Below, in pieces: positions 60,811 through 64,000 of a DNA stretch of 64,000 bases. This stretch comes from Eledone cirrhosa. Lineage: Eukaryota. Below the pieces are notes generated by a model. The model saw only the letters and a program-made list of their open reading frames with translations, ran no database searches and was not told the origin of the DNA. A program made the translations under genes and the position numbers. How positions within the stretch are numbered: the stretch's first letter is position 1; every line of letters starts with the position of its first letter. Location of the stretch: positions 223,510,001-223,574,000 of the forward strand of contig OZ024743.1 of the NCBI GenBank assembly GCA_964016885.1, given 5' to 3'.

Positions 60811-63434
60811 AGGTGGTATTTCAGGGAGATTTGGCTACAATTCCAAGCAAATTGAGCAACTTCAATGATAATTCCAAATTAACTCATTTTTCTTTTCTTT
60901 TCTTTTATTTTTCTGGAAACTAAGCAAGTTGAATAGCCACATTAAAAGCTTTCATGGCACTGCCACCACTACCACCACCACCAACACCACCACCACCACC
61001 ACTGCAGCCATCACCCCACCACTACCACCACCACCACCACAATCACCCCACTAGCACCACCACTGCTACTGCTGCCATCACCATCACCCCCAACATCCTA
61101 CTACTTCTGCCATCACCATCACCCCCACCCCCTACAACTTCTGCCATCACCCTCCTGTGATCGAGTGTGAATGGAGGAGATTTGGCTGCTATTTCCAGTG
61201 GATCAAGTGACCACCTAAAGGCTTTCACTTGAACCAGTTTTAATACTATAGCACATAGTAGCAATATTAACAGATACATGTATTACAGGTGTGTGGAACA
61301 GGCAGGTAGATATCTTATGTAAGTAATAAAAGTAGTGGGACTGGTATTGATATTGTAAAACATTCTTTTGAATTATCTCTAATATAATAAATGGTGCAAT
61401 GGAAAAGTAATGTATCAGCCCAGTTCATTCTAAAAAAGTCTACCTCTAGACTGAAGTTATGAGTATGGACTATTTCTAGATAGAGAATGTATGAATATTT
61501 CAAAATATTTTTTAAAAGTGATAAAAATGATATGATTCTTAATTAAATAATTTATATACAGATTAAAAACAACAACAACAAAAAAAGTGGCAGGTGTTTT
61601 GTAATGTAACAAAGTAATAGGTATGCAAGTTGAATCCTATTTTCTTATCTTAACCCTTTAGTATTTACATTACTTCATATTTACTATTATATTTTCACAT
61701 AATTATCTCACATAATATCGAATCTATGCGATTTTGATATTATTTATTTTGAGAACAATACCTTAACGTCAGTATGAGCAGCCAATTAAGGCCAGTTTGA
61801 AGAGGAAGAGATGAGAAAATTCTGGCTGGATATAGCCAGTTTAAATGCTAAAAGGTTAAATGACTGCTTATAATGTCTAATATCACTTTACATAGGAAAT
61901 GTTAGTATGTAAATTAATTCAGTTTTTAAATTATGATCATTATTATTGGCAGAGCCATTAGGGCATCAGACAAAATGCTTTATGTTTTGAGTTCAACATT
62001 GCTTTTCATCAAATACTGGGGTCAATTCAATACATTTTTCTTGTTACTTTGTTACCTGATTTCTTCTGTTTAACTCTTTTATGTAAATCTCCACTACTCC
62101 TGTTTATTCATATTGTAGTTAATGTTTTCAGCCTCAATGGTCAATAAATAAACCACCACCACCACCACCATCACTATTATTATTATTATCATTATTATCA
62201 CAGTGGTGGATTTGCAGTAGAAGTAGAGCATTGGACACTACACTATGCTTTGCAGCATAGTGTTATGGCCCTTTACGTTCTGTGTTCAAATCCCGCCGAG
62301 GTTAGCTTTGCCTTTCATCCTTACGGGTGTCAATAAAATAAAGTACCAGTAATGCACTGGGGTTGATTTAATCGACTTTCCTCTCTCCCAAAATTGCTGG
62401 CCTTGTGCCTATAGTAGAAATCATTATCATTATTGATGTTTATGTTCATTCATCCAGTAATTATTTATAAAGAATAGCCAAAAAATGATTTTCATTTTTT
62501 GCATTTATCTTGTGTTTACTCTTTCATACTTGAAAGCTCTCATTGTATTATTTATCAGACTTTGTAACAAACTGCCACAGCATGACTCAATGTTTCTTTG
62601 GTGAAAAGCTCCACCCACAAGAGTTTCCATATCATACTACTAACACACCAACATTCTAATTTAGTCTCAGGTCAACCTTGATCAAGTATATCTATGATCA
62701 AAGTCATTCTAACCATGATAATCCTATCTTTTCATATATTTTGTTGTTTTTATTATCACATAGTGAGGGAAAGAAAGTGTCTTCAAACTAAAGACCTAGT
62801 TCAAATACTTGCAACAGAGCCCACACCAGGGGTCTTTATTTAACTCATTGTAGAGTCATTGGGGCACTGTTGTAACATACAGTATTTATTGGGTCTTTAA
62901 ACCTGGTGAAGTCCAATTCTCTCCATGTCAGAACACTGCTGATTTCTTCTAGAGAAAGAGAGAACAACCTGGAGAGGCAAAGCCATGCCATTCAAATGCA
63001 TTGTGGAGGGGGGGGGGGGTTAGTAAAATGAATAATTTTCTCATTACTTAGCTGGTGTTTGGAACATAACTTAAAAGTTCTTATATAAAATCTTTTTGAT
63101 GATGATGATTATGATAAACACTTTAAATCAAACAGTTTTGTATCATAGAACTAGGAACACTTTGATGTGGTTTTTTATCAAAAAGATCAACTACATTTGA
63201 ACCTCATTTCATTGTTTTGAATCCAGAATTTGAAGAATTTTTGCAGGTGAAAGGTGTCAATTGGCTCAAACTAACCAGGGTGAATGAAATGGGCTTGATA
63301 TGAGAAGAAACACAAAGGCAATGAGTTGTGTGTTATCAGGTTGGAAGAGCATATGAATATTAGGCTATTTATAGCTGCCGCAGCCTAAATCTATGGGAAG
63401 GATTGTGGACTTGTCAGTTTATCTCAAATAACCT

Positions 63435-63835
63435 ATTTGTGAGAAAGAGAGAAAGAAAAGGAGGAGTCAGAGAAAGGAGTAGGGGAGTTAGAAGAGAGCA
63501 AGGAAGAGAGAAGGGCAAGTGAGAGTAGTGAGAGGAAGAGAAAGGGAGAAAGAGAAGAGAGAAAAGAGGAGATGAGAGAAGAGAGAGGAGAGATGAAAGG
63601 GTGGGAAATGAGGGGAGAGAAGAGAGAGATGAGAATAGGAGGAAAGAGAGAGGGAGTGGAGAGAAGAGAGAGAGAAGAGAAAGGAGAGTGGAGAAGAGTG
63701 ATCAGGGAGAAAAAAATGAGGAGTGATAAAAGAGAGTGAGAGGAGAGAGAATAGAGAGGAGGAGAATGGTGTAGGGGGAGAGAATGAGAGTGTGAGAAAA
63801 AAAGAGAGAGAGGGAGAAAAGAGTGAGGTGAGAGA
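63435..63835. repeat. GA-rich low-complexity tract
   Basis: Directly visible. Confidence 0.9.
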
Positions 63836-64000
63836 TGTACCCGTTTCATTCCTAATTCCTACTTGAGAATCTATTTAGAGAATATATACTCTTCTGTCTA
63901 GAGAGATTGTGATTATAGTCACTAATAATAAGGACTTTATTAAACCAGAATTAAATTCCTCAGTATTTGTTCCGGCTTATTGCGCTCTGAGTTCCAATCC

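Noticed and set aside
60205-62100. Candidate upstream PH-domain exons near 60211-60237 and 62056-62100
   Set aside because: The first has a stop in the required phase; the second shows no PH similarity. The 5' exons are probably outside the window.

Overview
AT-rich, repeat-dense animal genomic DNA; the SINE, MITE and microsatellite complement suggests an octopod cephalopod (inference). The whole window lies inside one minus-strand gene, a phosphoinositide phospholipase C of the delta type. Ten exons (about 346 codons: end of PH domain, EF hands, catalytic X box) were reconstructed by hand with consistent splice phases. One intron (49905-51741) is a U12-type AT-AC intron. The introns hold a near-intact Tx1/L1-like LINE in a GATA/GACA tract, a decayed R4/Dong-like LINE, RTE fragments, SINEs, piggyBac-type and Tigger-like DNA elements, and a 3-kb 30-bp minisatellite. 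The most unusual signal is a set of Penelope-like (Naiad-type) insertions forming long inverted repeats, up to 1.7-kb arms, plus several distinct type I hammerhead ribozyme families. These include a ~319-nt retrozyme-like unit carrying a U3-A8 variant core with covarying stems. Most short ORFs in the supplied track are microsatellite or transposon artefacts.
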